From the NCBI RefSeq assembly GCF_036321535.1, contig NC_087437.1:96474001-96538000 (forward strand): a DNA stretch of 64,000 bases. The letters run 5' to 3'. Position 1 is the first letter of the stretch. The number at the start of each line of letters is the position of its first letter. The position numbers were made by a program, and so were the translations under genes. The notes beneath the pieces are model-generated. The model was not told the DNA's origin, ran no database searches, and saw nothing but the letters and a program-made list of their open reading frames with translations. This document shows, one piece after another, positions 24,501 through 37,220 of the stretch. Origin of the DNA: Camelus dromedarius. Lineage: Eukaryota.

Positions 24501-26724
24501 CAAAACCAAATCTGGTAAAAATGAAAAAGTTATATACCTATCTAATATATAATAGAACTATTATTTAACTGTATCATGCATACAGCATGAACACTGTGGT
24601 AGCAAGCTATCTGGCAGAGGACTTGTTTTATGAGAAGCCTATTATTATAAGCACAAAATATAGCTAGAGGTACCCATCTCTTACTACTATTTCTATACAT
24701 GGGCACCCTGGGGAAACCTAGGGGGTCCAGTCAAGGATATATAGCTCCTTTCATTCTTCCTACACATCTCTGGCCTCTTTTCAGTGTTGTCAAATCTGTC
24801 CAGAGCTGTATCCAAAAGAGGACAAATAAAGTGAATATGAAAAATGCTACTTTAGATTTGGATTAGCAAAGAATGTATGCTTGTTGCCTGCAGTGATGTT
24901 CTCTCAGAATTCTAGGGAAGATTCTTTCTCCTCCCTTCTTCAAGTGATGGGCATAAGCCTGTGTCAACTCACTGGCTTTCCTAAAATTAGGCGAATTGTG
25001 CCAACAAGCATGTCATTAAATAGTGTTTCTTCAGTTTTACTTTGTTTGATGAGTAAAAATTACAGGAACACAATACATAGGCAGGAACATTTTCTAGTCT
25101 TACTGTCATTTTCCCTCCTCCCCCAAAGGTGGCCTATAGACCTCTGAAAAAGTACATCTGAGAAGATCCCAGTGCTGCAGTTGAGAGTTAATACTCTCAT
25201 GGTGTGAAGCCATTCTTCTAGAACTGACTCTGTTGAAAACTGGAGTACACTAAGTGTTTAAAACGTACTCTGTACTTCCCCCCATTATTCCATACAAGTG
25301 CCCTAATATTTTTTAAAAATTTGCTTCTTTGTGGGAATTAAAATACATGCATTTTTTTCATTGAGCATAGGTTCCATATTTTATTAGAAAAAAAGAATAC
25401 CCAGACAAAAGAAGCTAATTAAAAAACACTAAATGTTTCTCTAGTGTGCTGTATTAACAGTATTTAAGAATTGTTATTACAGAGTAAGCTGTAATTATAA
25501 CATGGTAGAATAATGATATAATTCAGCAAGCTCAAAACAACTCTACTGCATCGAAATACAGTGAATACCCAGCAGGGAATGACATTTTACAACAACTTGC
25601 TCTCATAGTCCATGCAAGTCATATAATATTTATCTTTTATTTCACTGAGTATGATCATGATGCAAAATAATGTTCTCTGTTGTGTAGAAAGGGTTAAGTT
25701 ATGGCCTTTGTGAGCCATTAGGTGGAGATTTATTGGAGGAGTTAGTAAGTCTATCGTTCAATATGTAGTGATTGAACAAGGACCATAGGTGTAGAGACAG
25801 AGAGAGGAAGAGAGCTGAGGCAAATGACATCCCCAGGGCTTTACAACATATGGCCCATCAGTCAAGGGTCAAGCCCCCTCACAAATTGCATGCACTTTAC
25901 ATAGCCATCTGCATCAATAAATTACTACCTCCTGTCGCTAGACACTAATGCATGAGCAAGAGGGATCAGCCCCACTTACAAATAAACTGTTTTATTTATT
26001 ATTGTTAATTTTGGCCCAATACTGTGACCCATCATTTCCACACTAGACTATTCTTCCATAGGCAGGCCAACCCACTAATAAACACCCAAATTTTTATATA
26101 TCTTTTCCAGAGTGATGGAATATGCCCTATAGAGTAACTAACGTGCAGGTGAAGCAGGTCAGAACCTGGGGAGATGAAACTTCAACACATTAATTTATCT
26201 TATTTATTTTTGTTGAGTTTCCCTTGGATGCCCAATAGATGTCTTGCTAAAGAAAACTTCCTAGAATACTGTACTTTGCATTTTTGACACTGTCCACTTA
26301 CAAATTAAGAATGTCAGCACTACAGCAACCAATTATCCCACTACTGCATATGTGTGGAGAGAAGCTTTGAAACTAGTAGTCCTGGGACACATTTGGACCA
26401 GCGTACAAAACAGATGCTTTTAGTGTAAATTCAATTGTTAGTTTTATTGTGTACTCTCTGAACTTTTTATGTTTCAGTGCTTTTGCACAAAAAATTAAAG
26501 CTCTGTGATTCAGAGAGTCAGTTTCATATCTGAAAGAAAAAAAAATATATATATATAGCACTTGGCAACCAACAAGAAGCAAACACTTCTGAAAGAGAAT
26601 AAACATTGGAAAAGTTCATCAGTTTGTGGCCATGACTGGCTGGTAGTACACTTAAAAAACAAGCATTTATCATAAAAACTGGGTATTGGGCAGAGTGGGG
26701 AATGGTAAATAAAAGTGAAGAAGT

Positions 26725-26900
26725 ACCACTTCATTTACTTCGTGCAACAATCCTCTGATGTCAGTAATTATTGTCACTATTTTAGAGATTGAAAAAACTG
26801 AAGACTGGACAAGATTAAGGGTAATGCCCAAGATCACACAGTGAGAAGAGGTAGGACAGGTGTTTAGAGACACCTCTGCCTGGCTCAAAGTTCAGTGCCA
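26725..26900 (-). mobile_element. MIR SINE
   Basis: CATTTACTTCGTGCAACAATCCTCTGA...ATTTTAGAGATTGAAAAAACTGA...GCCCAAGATCACACAG. Confidence 0.75.
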
Positions 26901-27111
26901 TCCAACCTTCTAAGATAGGTAGAGGGAGCCATGAGATCCACAGTGGTGCTATGAAGTCATGGGATCCTAGGGGAAGGAAGGTCTTTATGCGTGATCTTGC
27001 TCAACCACTTTTCTGCTACTTTAAAACAGGAAGCGCTCACAGGAAACAGAAAGGGGGAGAAGTAGCAGTTCAACTCAAGAAGAAAAGTAATACAGTTAAG
27101 AAAAGATATGC

Positions 27112-27916
27112 CTCACACCAGTCAGAATGGCCATCATTCAAAAATCCACAAATGACAAATGCTGGAGAGGCTGTGGAGAAAGGGGAACCCTCCTACACTG
27201 CTGGTGGGAATGCAGTTTGGTGCAGCCACTATGGAAAACAGTGTGGAGATTCCTCAAAAGACTAGGAATAGACTTACCATATGACCCAGGAATCCCACTC
27301 CTGGGCTTGTATCCAGAAGGAAATCTACTTCAGGATGACACCTGCACCCCAATGTTCATAGCAGCACTATTTACAATAGCCAGAACATGGAAACAGCCTA
27401 AATGTCCATCAACAGGTGACTAGATAAAGAACATGTGGTATATTTATACAATGGAATACTACTCAGCCATAAAAAACAACAACATAACGCCATTTGCAGC
27501 AACATGGATGCTCCAGAAGAATGTCATTCTAAGCGAAGTAAGCCAGAAAGAGAAAGAAAATACCATATGAGATCGCTCATATGTGGAATCTAAAAAGAAA
27601 GAAAGAAACAAACAAACAAAAACAAAGCATAAATACAGGACAGAAATAGACTCATAGACAGAGAATACAGACTTGTGGTTGCCAGGCGGGCAAAGGGTGG
27701 GAAGGGATAGACTGGGATTTCAAAATTGTAGAATAGATAAACAAGATTATACTGTATAGCACAGGGAAATATACACAAAACGTTATGGTAGCTCACAGAG
27801 AAAAAAATGTGACAATGAGTGTGTATATGTCCATGTATGACTGAAAAATTGTGCTGAACACTGGAATTTGACACAACATTGTAAAATGATTATAGATCAA
27901 TAAAAAATGTTAAAAA
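27112..27916 (+). mobile_element. Young camelid-type L1, 5'-truncated, with TSD
   Basis: ORF2 C-terminal peptide ([18 protein letters not shown]) nearly identical to the 31.3-33.1 kb copy, with a premature TAG at 27421. TSD AAAAGATATGC at 27101-27111 and 27917-27927. Confidence 0.96.
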
Positions 27917-27929
27917 AAAAGATATGCTT

Positions 27930-28693
27930 TGTTGGTGGGAATGTAAATTGGTGCAGCCACTATGGAAAACAGTATGGAGATTCCTCAAAAATTGAAAATA
28001 GAACCATATGATCCAGGAATTCCACTGCATATTTATTGGAAGAAAACAGAAACACTAACTCAAAAAGACATATGCACCCCTATGTTCATTGCAGCATTAT
28101 TTACAATAGCCAAGACATGGAAAGAATTCAAGTGTCCAGCAATGGGTGAATGGATAAAGACAAAGTGGTATACAAACTCAATCAAATATTATTCAGCCAT
28201 AAAAATGAAGGAAATCATGCCATTTGCTACAACGTGACAACATGGACAGATCTTGAGGACATTACGCTAAATGAAATAGGTCAGACAGAGAAAGACAAAC
28301 ACCACATGATCTCACTTCTATGCGGAACTAAAAACAAACAAACTCATAGAGAGAACAGATTGGTGGCTGCCAGAGGCAGGGGATGGGGGTGGATGAAATG
28401 GGTTAAGGGGGTCAAAAGGTACAAACTCCCAGTTATAATATAAATAAGCCATGGAGATGTAATGTACAGAGGGTGACTGTAGTTACCAATGCCATACTGC
28501 ATATCTGAAAGTTGCTAAGAGGGTAGGTCTTAAAAGCACTCATTCCAAGGGAAAAAAAAATGTCTATGTATGGTGACAAAAGTTAATTAGACTTATTGTG
28601 GTGATCATTTCACAGTATATACAAATATCAAATCATTATGTTATATACCTGAAACTAAAGTGATCTCATATGTTAATTTACACAATTAAAAAA
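27930..28693 (+). mobile_element. Older L1 3' end (L1MA9-like)
   Basis: Degenerate ORF2 C-terminus plus 3' UTR AAAAGGTACAAACTCCCAGTTATAA...GAAAGTTGCTAAGAG...TTATTGTGGTGATCATTTCACA. Confidence 0.88.
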
Positions 28694-29769
28694 GTTATTT
28701 TTTTTAAGAAAAAGAGAAGGAATACTGTAGGTCAGTACAGCTCTGAAGCTTAAATGGTGCGAGGAATAGGCTCAGTGACTACATATCAAGGTAAGGTTTC
28801 AGATTCTATGTTTTCTGGGGTGCTGAGTAGAGCAGGATTCTGAGGGATGCCCAAGATCAATGGGAAAAATAGACAAAGACAGAACAGCTTAGAAATAAAT
28901 AGCCTAAGGAAAAAGAGAGAGTTTAAAGAGCTGCTATGCTTAATGAGGTATTCTTCAACTTTTCTGAAAAAACTTGTTAAAACCTCAGTTTATTTCTTAT
29001 ACTGTATAAGGCTGGGGCTGGGTGAAAATTTTTGATTCTGCATCTCTTACAGAATTTGGAGAATAGCTTTATATAATATTGAGATACATATCCATGAATG
29101 ATTTTTTCTTGTGGTTTGGTATGTATTAAAAGCGCAAACTTGGATTCCCAGAAATCTTATGCATTTTTTTTCAGTACTCCGAAGTAGTCTATCAATGCAA
29201 AACTTAATTAATTACCTTTTAAACCGAGAGCAAATAGACACAGGCATGATTTAGTATGAGAAACACAGATGTGTACTTCACATCTGAGATTGGACTCTAG
29301 TTCATGAAGCATATTAGAGTGGACACAAGACCGAATTCTTTTGATTTAGATGGAAAGTATACAGTAAGATTTGCATTGTAATGGATCCATTGACCCCTGG
29401 TCAAGATGGAATTGTCAATAGAAGTGTCTTATGTATGGTATGAATCATATCTAATGGTTCTATTAACATCATATTGAGATTGAAGTCTCAAGGAGCATGA
29501 CTTAGAATAATGGAAATGGAAGAGGGCTTTATTTATTATTTTCATTTCATTTCTGTAAGTGTATTTTTTCACTTTTATATCATCTCTCATAAAAGAGCAG
29601 GCAATGATACACTTATTAAAATTGTATCAAAGCACATAAACTTGCAAAATGCATCCGATTTTTAAAAAGATGCTCCCCCCCAACCCCAAGATCAATTCCC
29701 TAATGGCCTACACCTTAAGGAATAAGGACAACAGGGACTAATGGAAAGAAGGATGGACTGACAGGGAGC

Positions 29770-29950
29770 GCACATAGCATCTTCTGCTTCTCCTGCAACT
29801 CACATACTGTGTGACCGTAGACAAGTGGCTCTATTTCCCTCTCAGATTCTTCAACAACTGGAAAATGGAGAGAACATAATGCCTGCCCCTCTTTTATGTC
29901 ATGGGATGTAAAGATGAATCAGATAATATAAATGAATCTTTTGAAGTACA
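29770..29950 (+). mobile_element. MIR SINE fragment
   Basis: CTGTGTGACCGTAGACAAGT...CTCAGATTCTTCAAC...GAAAATGGAG. Confidence 0.6.
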
Positions 29951-30750
29951 TTAAAAGAAATTGGTTTTTGAGTTATGATAATTATTTAAGGAATTCTTAT
30001 TCCAGTTACATCAAAAGTAACCAAATTCACTACTTAAGTAGTAAAATGGGCAATCATGAGTCTAGACAATTTTCTAAATGTTCAAGGTATTTCTGAAGGA
30101 ACAGGAATAAGAGATTTTATAAGTGGTATACCTGAAGTAATAATCTGTCTTTTATGCCACTTTGATTTTTAAAATGTTAAAATATAGTATCTGACCTATA
30201 CTCTCTATTTAACAGTTCAATGGGAAGGCAACTCTCAATTCAGACTTGTCAGAAGTAACACAATGACTAATAGAGTTATCAAATAAACAGAGAATGTTAA
30301 AGGGAGCAAAAATAAGAGAGAAAAGTCTTTGTCTTACTATAGGCCCAACTATACACTAGAAATAACCATAGTGTAAACCTAGGATTCTAGAAGACTATGA
30401 ATGGTAATGAAAGATCATGGCAAAAACAAAACAGCATTGAATCCTCTAGAAGGATTAAGTTGAGAAACTGAAGGATACTCTTCCTAGCAGACAAAAGGTC
30501 TTTTTCAACGTGGGGAAAAATCATAAAAATGTAAATTTAATATTCGTTTGACAGCAGAGAATAAATCTGAGTAAAGCAGAATAAATATGGAGGGAAATTA
30601 CAACTTTTCTCCAAACGTACACAAGAAGAAAGGAAAAAAAAATTTCTAGAAGTTCATGTGAAATGGCAGTTGCTACAAAATCAGTTTTGGTGTGAAAAAA
30701 AAACTGAGGATGGACATGACCAACAATGAACAATCAAAAAGTCCACATCA

Positions 30751-30881
30751 AGTGGGGAAGATAAAGCTCAGCAGTAGAGTGTGTACTTAGCAGGCATGAG
30801 GTCCTGGGTTCAATCTCCAGCACTTCCATCAAAAAATAAATAAATAAACCTAATTACCTCCCCCCGCCTCAAAAAAAACTT
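30751..30881 (+). mobile_element. tRNA-derived SINE, Vic-1-like (camelid)
   Basis: tRNA-like head GGGGAAGATAAAGCTCAGCAGTAGAG with B-box GGTTCAATCTCC, and tail AAATAAATAAATAAACCTAATTACCTCCCCCC plus an A-tract. Perfect 15-bp TSD AAAAAGTCCACATCA at 30736-30750 and 30882-30896. Confidence 0.88.
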
Positions 30882-31269
30882 AAAAAGTCCACATCAGAGA
30901 TTCACTAGTAAAGCTGAAACCTGAAATTGATCCCTGGATCTTTAAACTTCTAGTTTAGTCTAGACTAGGATCTGTAAACAAACAAAAATAAACATTCTCT
31001 ATTTTTATAACTACTTATTCATGGCTGTACTCCTCCTTGGTTGTAAACAGTGAATTTGATATTTTAGAAAATCTAAATTTAAAAATGGCAGGTAAATGGC
31101 TTAAAATGTAGCTTTATTTATTTCAAGGTACACATCTGTTTGGAATGGGGCATTTTTCTACCTCTACTGTAATTCAGGATTTTAAATCTCAATACCTAAT
31201 CAAATGATCCTACAAATCATTTTGCAGCTTGTTCCACTGAGATCCACTACAACACAGAAAAAAGAATCT

Positions 31270-32766
31270 TTGGGAATAAATCTAACCAAGGAGGTGAAAG
31301 AATTATACACAGAAAACTATAAACCATTGATGAAGGAAATTAAAGAAGTCTTTAAAAAATGGAAAGATATTCCACACTCTTGGATTGGAAGAATCAATAT
31401 TGTTAAAATGGTCACACTGCCCAAGGCAATCTACAGATTTAATGCAATCCCTATCCAATTACCCAGGACATATTTCACAGAACTAGAACAAATCATAATA
31501 AAATTCATATGGAACCATCAAAGACCTAGAATTGCCAAAGCATTACTGAAGAGAAAGAAAGAGGCTGGAGGAATAACTCTCCCAGACTTCAGACAATACT
31601 ATAGAGCTACAGTCATCAAGACAGCATGGTATTGGTACCAAAACAGACATATAGACCAATGGAACAGAATAGAGAGCCCAGAAATGAACCCACCAACTTT
31701 TGGTCAACTCATCTTCGACAAAGGAGGCAAGAATATACAATGGAATAAAGACAGTCTCTTCAGCAAATGGTGTTGGGAAAACTGGACAGCAGCATGTAAA
31801 ACAATGAAGCTAGAACACTCCCTTACACCATATACAAAAATCAACTCAAAATGGATTAAAGACTTAAACATAAGACAAGACACAATAAACCTCCTAGAGG
31901 AAAACATAGGCAAAACATTATCTGACATACATTTCAAAAATTTTCTCCTAGAAGAAATAAAAGCAAGAATAAACAAATGGGACCTAATGAAACTTACAAG
32001 CTTCTGCACAGCAAAGGAAACCAGAAATAAAACAAGAAGAAAACCTACGGAATGGGAGAAAATTTTTGCAAGTGAAACCGACAAAGGCTTGATCTCCAGA
32101 ATATATAAGCCGCTCATATGACTCAATAAGAAAAAAATAAACAACCCAATCCAAAAATGGGCAGAAGACCTAAACAAGCAATTCTCCAAGGAAGACATAC
32201 AAATGATCAAAAAGCACATGAAAAAATGCTCAATATCACTAATTATCAGAGAAATGCAAATCAAAACTACAATGAGGTATCACCTCACACCAGTCAGAAT
32301 GGCCGTCATTCAAAAATCCACAAATGACAAATGCTGGAGAGGCTGTGGAGAAAGGGGAACCCTCCTACACTGCTGGTGGGAATGCAGTTTGGTGCAGCCA
32401 CTATGGAAAACAGTGTGGAGATTCCTCAAAAGACTAGGAATAGACTTACCATATGACCCAGGAATCCCACTCCTGGGCTTGTATCCAGAAGGAAATCTAC
32501 TTCAGGATGACACCTGCACCCCAATGTTCATAGCAGCACTATTTACAATAGCCAAAACATAGAAACAGCCTAAATGTCCATCAACAGGTGACTGGCTAAA
32601 GAAGAGGTGGTATATTTATACAATGGAATACTACTCAGCCATAAAAACCGACAACATAATGCCATTTGCAGCAACATGGATGCTCCTGGAGAATGTCATT
32701 CTAAGTGAAGTAAGCCAGAAAGAAAAAGAAAAATACCATATGAGATCGCTCATATGTGGAATCTAA
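31270..32766 (+). pseudogene. Disabled L1 ORF2 C-terminal half (end of RT, thumb/wrist region, cysteine-rich domain)
   Basis: One reading frame with typical ORF2 motifs ([42 protein letters not shown]). Interrupted only by TGA at 32119-32121 and TAG at 32560-32562. Endonuclease and RT catalytic core are absent. Confidence 0.93.
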
Positions 32767-33088
32767 AAAACAAAAACAAAAACAAAAACAAACAAACAAA
32801 AACAAAGCGTAAATAAAGGACAGAAATAGACTCACAGACAGAGAATACAGACTTGTGGTTACCAGGGGGGTGGAGGGTAGGAAGGGATAGACTGGGATTT
32901 CAAAATTGTAGAATAGACTACACTGTATAGCACAGGGAAATATACACAAAATGTTATGATAACTCACAGAGAAAAAAATGTGACAATGAGTGTGTATATG
33001 TCCATGAATAACTGAAAAATTGTGCTGAACACTGGAATTTGACACAACATTGTAAAATGATTATAAATCAATAAAAAATGTTAAAAAA
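31271..33088 (+). mobile_element. Young camelid-type L1, about 1.8 kb, 5'-truncated, with TSD, inserted in a MIR
   Basis: ORF2 from [10 protein letters not shown] to the terminal stop, 3' UTR and poly(A). TSD AAAAAAGAATCTT at 31258-31270 and 33089-33101. MIR-like sequence resumes at about 33100-33230. Confidence 0.97.
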
Positions 33089-34959
33089 AAAAAAGAATCT
33101 TGAACAATCTATTGAAACATTGGGTCCAGGTTTTTCAGATGTAAAAGGGGGATAACATAGAACCGTTGTGGGGATTCAATGAACTAATTATGAAATTATT
33201 TGTAATAGCACTCAGTTCATAGCAAGGTTAGTTATCATCATCTTCATCATATTTACCACCACCATCATCATTATCATCATCAAAGTCATCTGCTATCTCA
33301 AAGATACTGCATCACTTGCCTATTTTGTGATATTCCAACTTTGATTTATGATGCTAAATGACAATGTTTAAAATATGCATGACTTCTCAAGTAGCTTTTG
33401 AGGATTTTTTAAAATGCTTTTTCTGGGAAGTTTTTTGTGATACATTTTTTGGATTCTTTATGTGGGTACAGGAGAGGTATGCTTGCTCCCCACTTCCAGA
33501 TTCAACGTGAAGCTAGCCCCTTCAGAAGAACCTCCAAGAGTTTCTTCACTAGTAATCCATTACTCACAAAGATACATAACCTAGGGCCATCCAAGGACTT
33601 GTATGGAGAGAACACTCTCTTGTTGTGAGGGCACAACTCCCGGTACACCTATCAGCACAAGTACCCTTTGGTGAGTACTTTGCAAAATAAAAATCTGGTT
33701 CCAATTGATCATGAACTCATTACTTTCTTCACCTCTTGCACATCTTTAGCAATTTAATAAAGCACTGCAATGTTACCATTTTTCAATTTTCAAAACACAG
33801 ATTTCAAGACAAAGCCAAAGTAGCAGCATCCTCTGATGTGGTTTCCAATCACTGGACATTATCTACCATGTGTAACTTACTGCTTCACTTGAGAACATCT
33901 GTTTGTTTGCTCTTCATCTCAAACATATCCTCCAGCTACTGTTATGAAACGACGGAGTGGGGGATGCATTTGTTCCCAACCATAACAGTTTTGTGAAATA
34001 TTTATTTTCCAACAAGCAAAAGAACGTACAAAATTGAAGTGGAGAAAATTACTAGATGGGCAGCTGTAAGCCACTATTTTTCAGAAGGCCTGAGAATGTG
34101 TCAATCTGTATAAGGATATTTCAGAGTAGTATAAACTTTTCCCCTATCTCATTCACACAAAAGATAAAATCTGAAATGCATTCCCTCTACAACAGAGCAA
34201 CCAGAAGTTTTGCAGTAGTTGCACTGACTTTTTTCCAACCAAAGTAATAAACCAAGTATTTTTTTTAAATGCACACAAATATGCACACAGGCATATATAT
34301 GCCTGTATATCTTAGCATTTCACCACTGATAATATAAACAGTAATATTGTCATGACTCCTGATTAAAATATATCCTTATATAGTAAAGCAGAGAATCTCT
34401 AGAACAACGGATTAAAGCCACAATAAAAGCTCCCTTTTATGCCATTTCCTTAGAGAACTGACAACACAGTATAGCAATATGTCTTACTCTTTCCAAGACT
34501 AAATATCATTTAAAAAGGTCTATTCTCAGTCTACAGAAAAGCTTTTGACAGCTCATTCCTATTTACAGTGTCTTTGGAGAGAATATCATCCTTCTCTTGG
34601 ATCCAATTGTCGCTGTTTTCTTAAGTGGCCACATAACTTGTAGGGCTGCTTCTGTGAACCTCCTGGACATTCCCCAAGCACACACTCGCCATCCGGGCAC
34701 AGGCAAGGATGAGAGTCCTTTCTCTGTCTCCCTACCTGGCTTTATTTAAAATGAAGCACCTCATTTCTGCTGCAGATAAAGAAAGCAGAGGCAGATCTCA
34801 AACTAAATTGCTTTCCCATACTCTCTCTCTGTCCAGAAATACCTCCTCAGATACATGACAAGTCAATTAGAAACCATGAGCCAGGGAGGGCCTCATTCCA
34901 CACTAACTCTAGGTTGGCAGCCTCTCAGTGAAATTCCCATGAAGCGCAGACACCAGGAG

Positions 34960-35200
34960 TCAAACCAATGCAGTTTCCTTCATGTCCCTGCTTGGCTGTG
35001 GCGTTGCTCCACGTCCCCTACCCACAAAGCCACCGCTAAGCTCGAGCTTACCCACTGGGGCAGCACGAGTGTCAGAGCAGTGAAAGTGAAGGGGACGGTG
35101 CACAATTATTAGGTCATTTAATCATTTCAGGGACCCGATTATTGTGATTGACTCTCCTGTCAGTTGTACTGTCATTAAATAATTGCACAAACTGCATTTT
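34960..35200. promoter_or_regulatory. Putative enhancer with TALE/homeobox motif cluster
   Basis: Locally CpG-retaining. TGATTGAC (PBX-type), two CTGTCA (MEIS-type) and several TAAT/ATTA cores fall within about 100 bp. Confidence 0.35.
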
Positions 35201-36424
35201 CACCTCCGCTCTGAATCTATGGCCTGTGTGACCTTGGGTAAGTCATCTAAACTCCCAGAACCAATTCCTCTGGCCAGATACAACACAAATTACTGTTTGA
35301 GCTGAATCTTCTTTACGCTGCATCGCTTCATTTCAAATGATGCGTTTACTGCAGTTCAAAACAGTGAATCAACTTGGTTCACCTTCAAGGAATTTCTTAA
35401 ATCACAGTTCTAAGGATCTGGAATGGCCATTTTACCCATCCTAAGTGGCAAGTGACTCTTCAAATGACTCAGTCCACTGATGGCTGAGAAATAGTTTAGC
35501 TGTGCTGTGGAGTATTATCACCTTAATCAGAGATGAAGATGCTATCTCAATAAGTTGGATAAAGAGCTACAGTAAAGTATGTGTTACATTTCAATGACAT
35601 GTATTAAACAACATATTCGATAAATCAGAAGAGTGTTCACATTTTCCCGTAAGTCTACAAACGGGCTGCTGTGAATCCATGAAAGATATCCTAACCCAGT
35701 GCTGTGAGAACCACCCTCATCTTTCCTGGTCGCAAGGACGACCTGTTTTATTACTTCTTTAGGACACTCCAGATACATTAAGAGGAATAAGCTGATCGCA
35801 CGTGAGAGTCGTTTAAAGGGAAATTCTACCAGAATGACAAGAGGATCTCATAAACAGCCTGACCCTTAGCATGTCCCACAGGTAGTACCATGGCCCAGCA
35901 AAGCTATTAGTGTAAACATCCAAGAGACAATAAAGAAGGCTGGCCAGAGCCCCAGATGGTGCTGCCGTAAAAATACATTCCAAAGCTTGGCATCTGGATT
36001 CTGCAGCTGCCATGCATAGCCCATATGTGGCAATAAATATTGGTTCTGAGGCTGGAACAGCTAGAGGTTAGGGTCAGATGGAACCATCTGAACCATCACA
36101 ATAGAACAAACAGACAAAGCATGGAAGTGATTGTGAAATGGCATGTAATTTTTCACATCTCTTACTCCTTTTATTACTGTCAGCTGCTGAAATGCTAAGG
36201 TAAACTTTCAGCAAATAAGGGTTTATTTGTCAAAGAACAGCAGCTAGCGTGTAATCATCCCTTTTTGTTGCTGCTCTTTATTTTGCCAATTTTGAATACT
36301 AAGTTCTGCCTACTCTCATCTATCTTTTCGTCATCATTTAAATTCTTACTACTTCTGTTCAGCTATAATGATCATTTATGGCATGACCTCTTAGTAACCA
36401 ATTGTTTTCTTTTTAAAATGTACA

Positions 36425-37220
36425 CTATTTTTATCCATTTATTTGTTTATTCGTGCAACAACTATTTTATTGAAGGTTTTCTATGGGCCAGGCACTGTTC
36501 CAAGTACCAGAGATAAAGGGATACACAAAGCAGGATCCCAACTCTCATGATGCTTACATTCTACTAATGCTAATTCATATATCTGTTCCTTAATATTTAC
36601 TGTACACTGACCATATGCCATATGATTCTTATCTCAAGGATAGAGAAAATTCTGTCTGGCCAAGGAAACAGACAAGAAAACAGGTAATAACAAGCCTGTG
36701 AAGTGCTAACTACAACAGCAGAAGATAATTTCCTAAGAACACAGAGAACGGTCACTAAATTGGATATGAATATGAGGAAAGTATCAGGAAGGGCTTTGCA
36801 AAGGAACGGAGACCTCGGCTGAGAAGTAATTAAAGGCTTAAAAGGAATTAGCCAAGGGAATGGCCAGGGAAAAACAACCAAAAAATAAAAGATTTGAGTG
36901 TGCAAAGCTCAGCTGATTGTTTAGCAGAGCTGGAATGTAAAATGGGAGGAAACTACGGAAAGAAAGAAAAATGGAATGGGCAGCAGTGGCCAATCATCAG
37001 GGGCTTTTGCAAAATACCCATATATTGAAAGAAATCTTTTTCTTCAAAGCAACCTTGTGGAGTTTTGGGTACATAAAGACCTATACATAGATAAAAGAGA
37101 GACATTCTCAAAGAAAGGAACTTTGGAAGTTGAGGAGAGAGATCATACTTATTTACAACAGAAGGTTATTGAGGAGACATTTTTGCTGGGCTCTGAAGCA
37201 TAAGTAGGATTTTAGAGAAG
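36425..37220 (-). mobile_element. L2 LINE fragments, antisense
   Basis: CATTTATTTGTTTATTC...TTTATTGA...GGCCAGGCACTGTTC is the antisense L2 3' end, followed by a purine-rich L2-like body. Confidence 0.7.

Noticed and set aside
26373..26530. Minus-strand acceptor tttttttttctttcag followed by an open frame
   Set aside because: The acceptor arises from a simple A-tract. There is no convincing donor or recognisable peptide.
30754..30826. tRNA gene
   Set aside because: The cloverleaf is degenerate and has a SINE tail, A-tract and TSD, so it is a SINE.
31204..32121. 305-aa ORF as a host gene or domesticated RT
   Set aside because: It is a 5'-truncated L1 ORF2 with a chance ATG in flanking DNA. 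It has premature stops and lacks the endonuclease and RT active site.
31704..32264. 186-aa minus-strand ORF, and similar ORFs at 19856-21176, 27590-27874, 32701-33045 and 39462-39668
   Set aside because: These are antisense shadows of L1 sequence.
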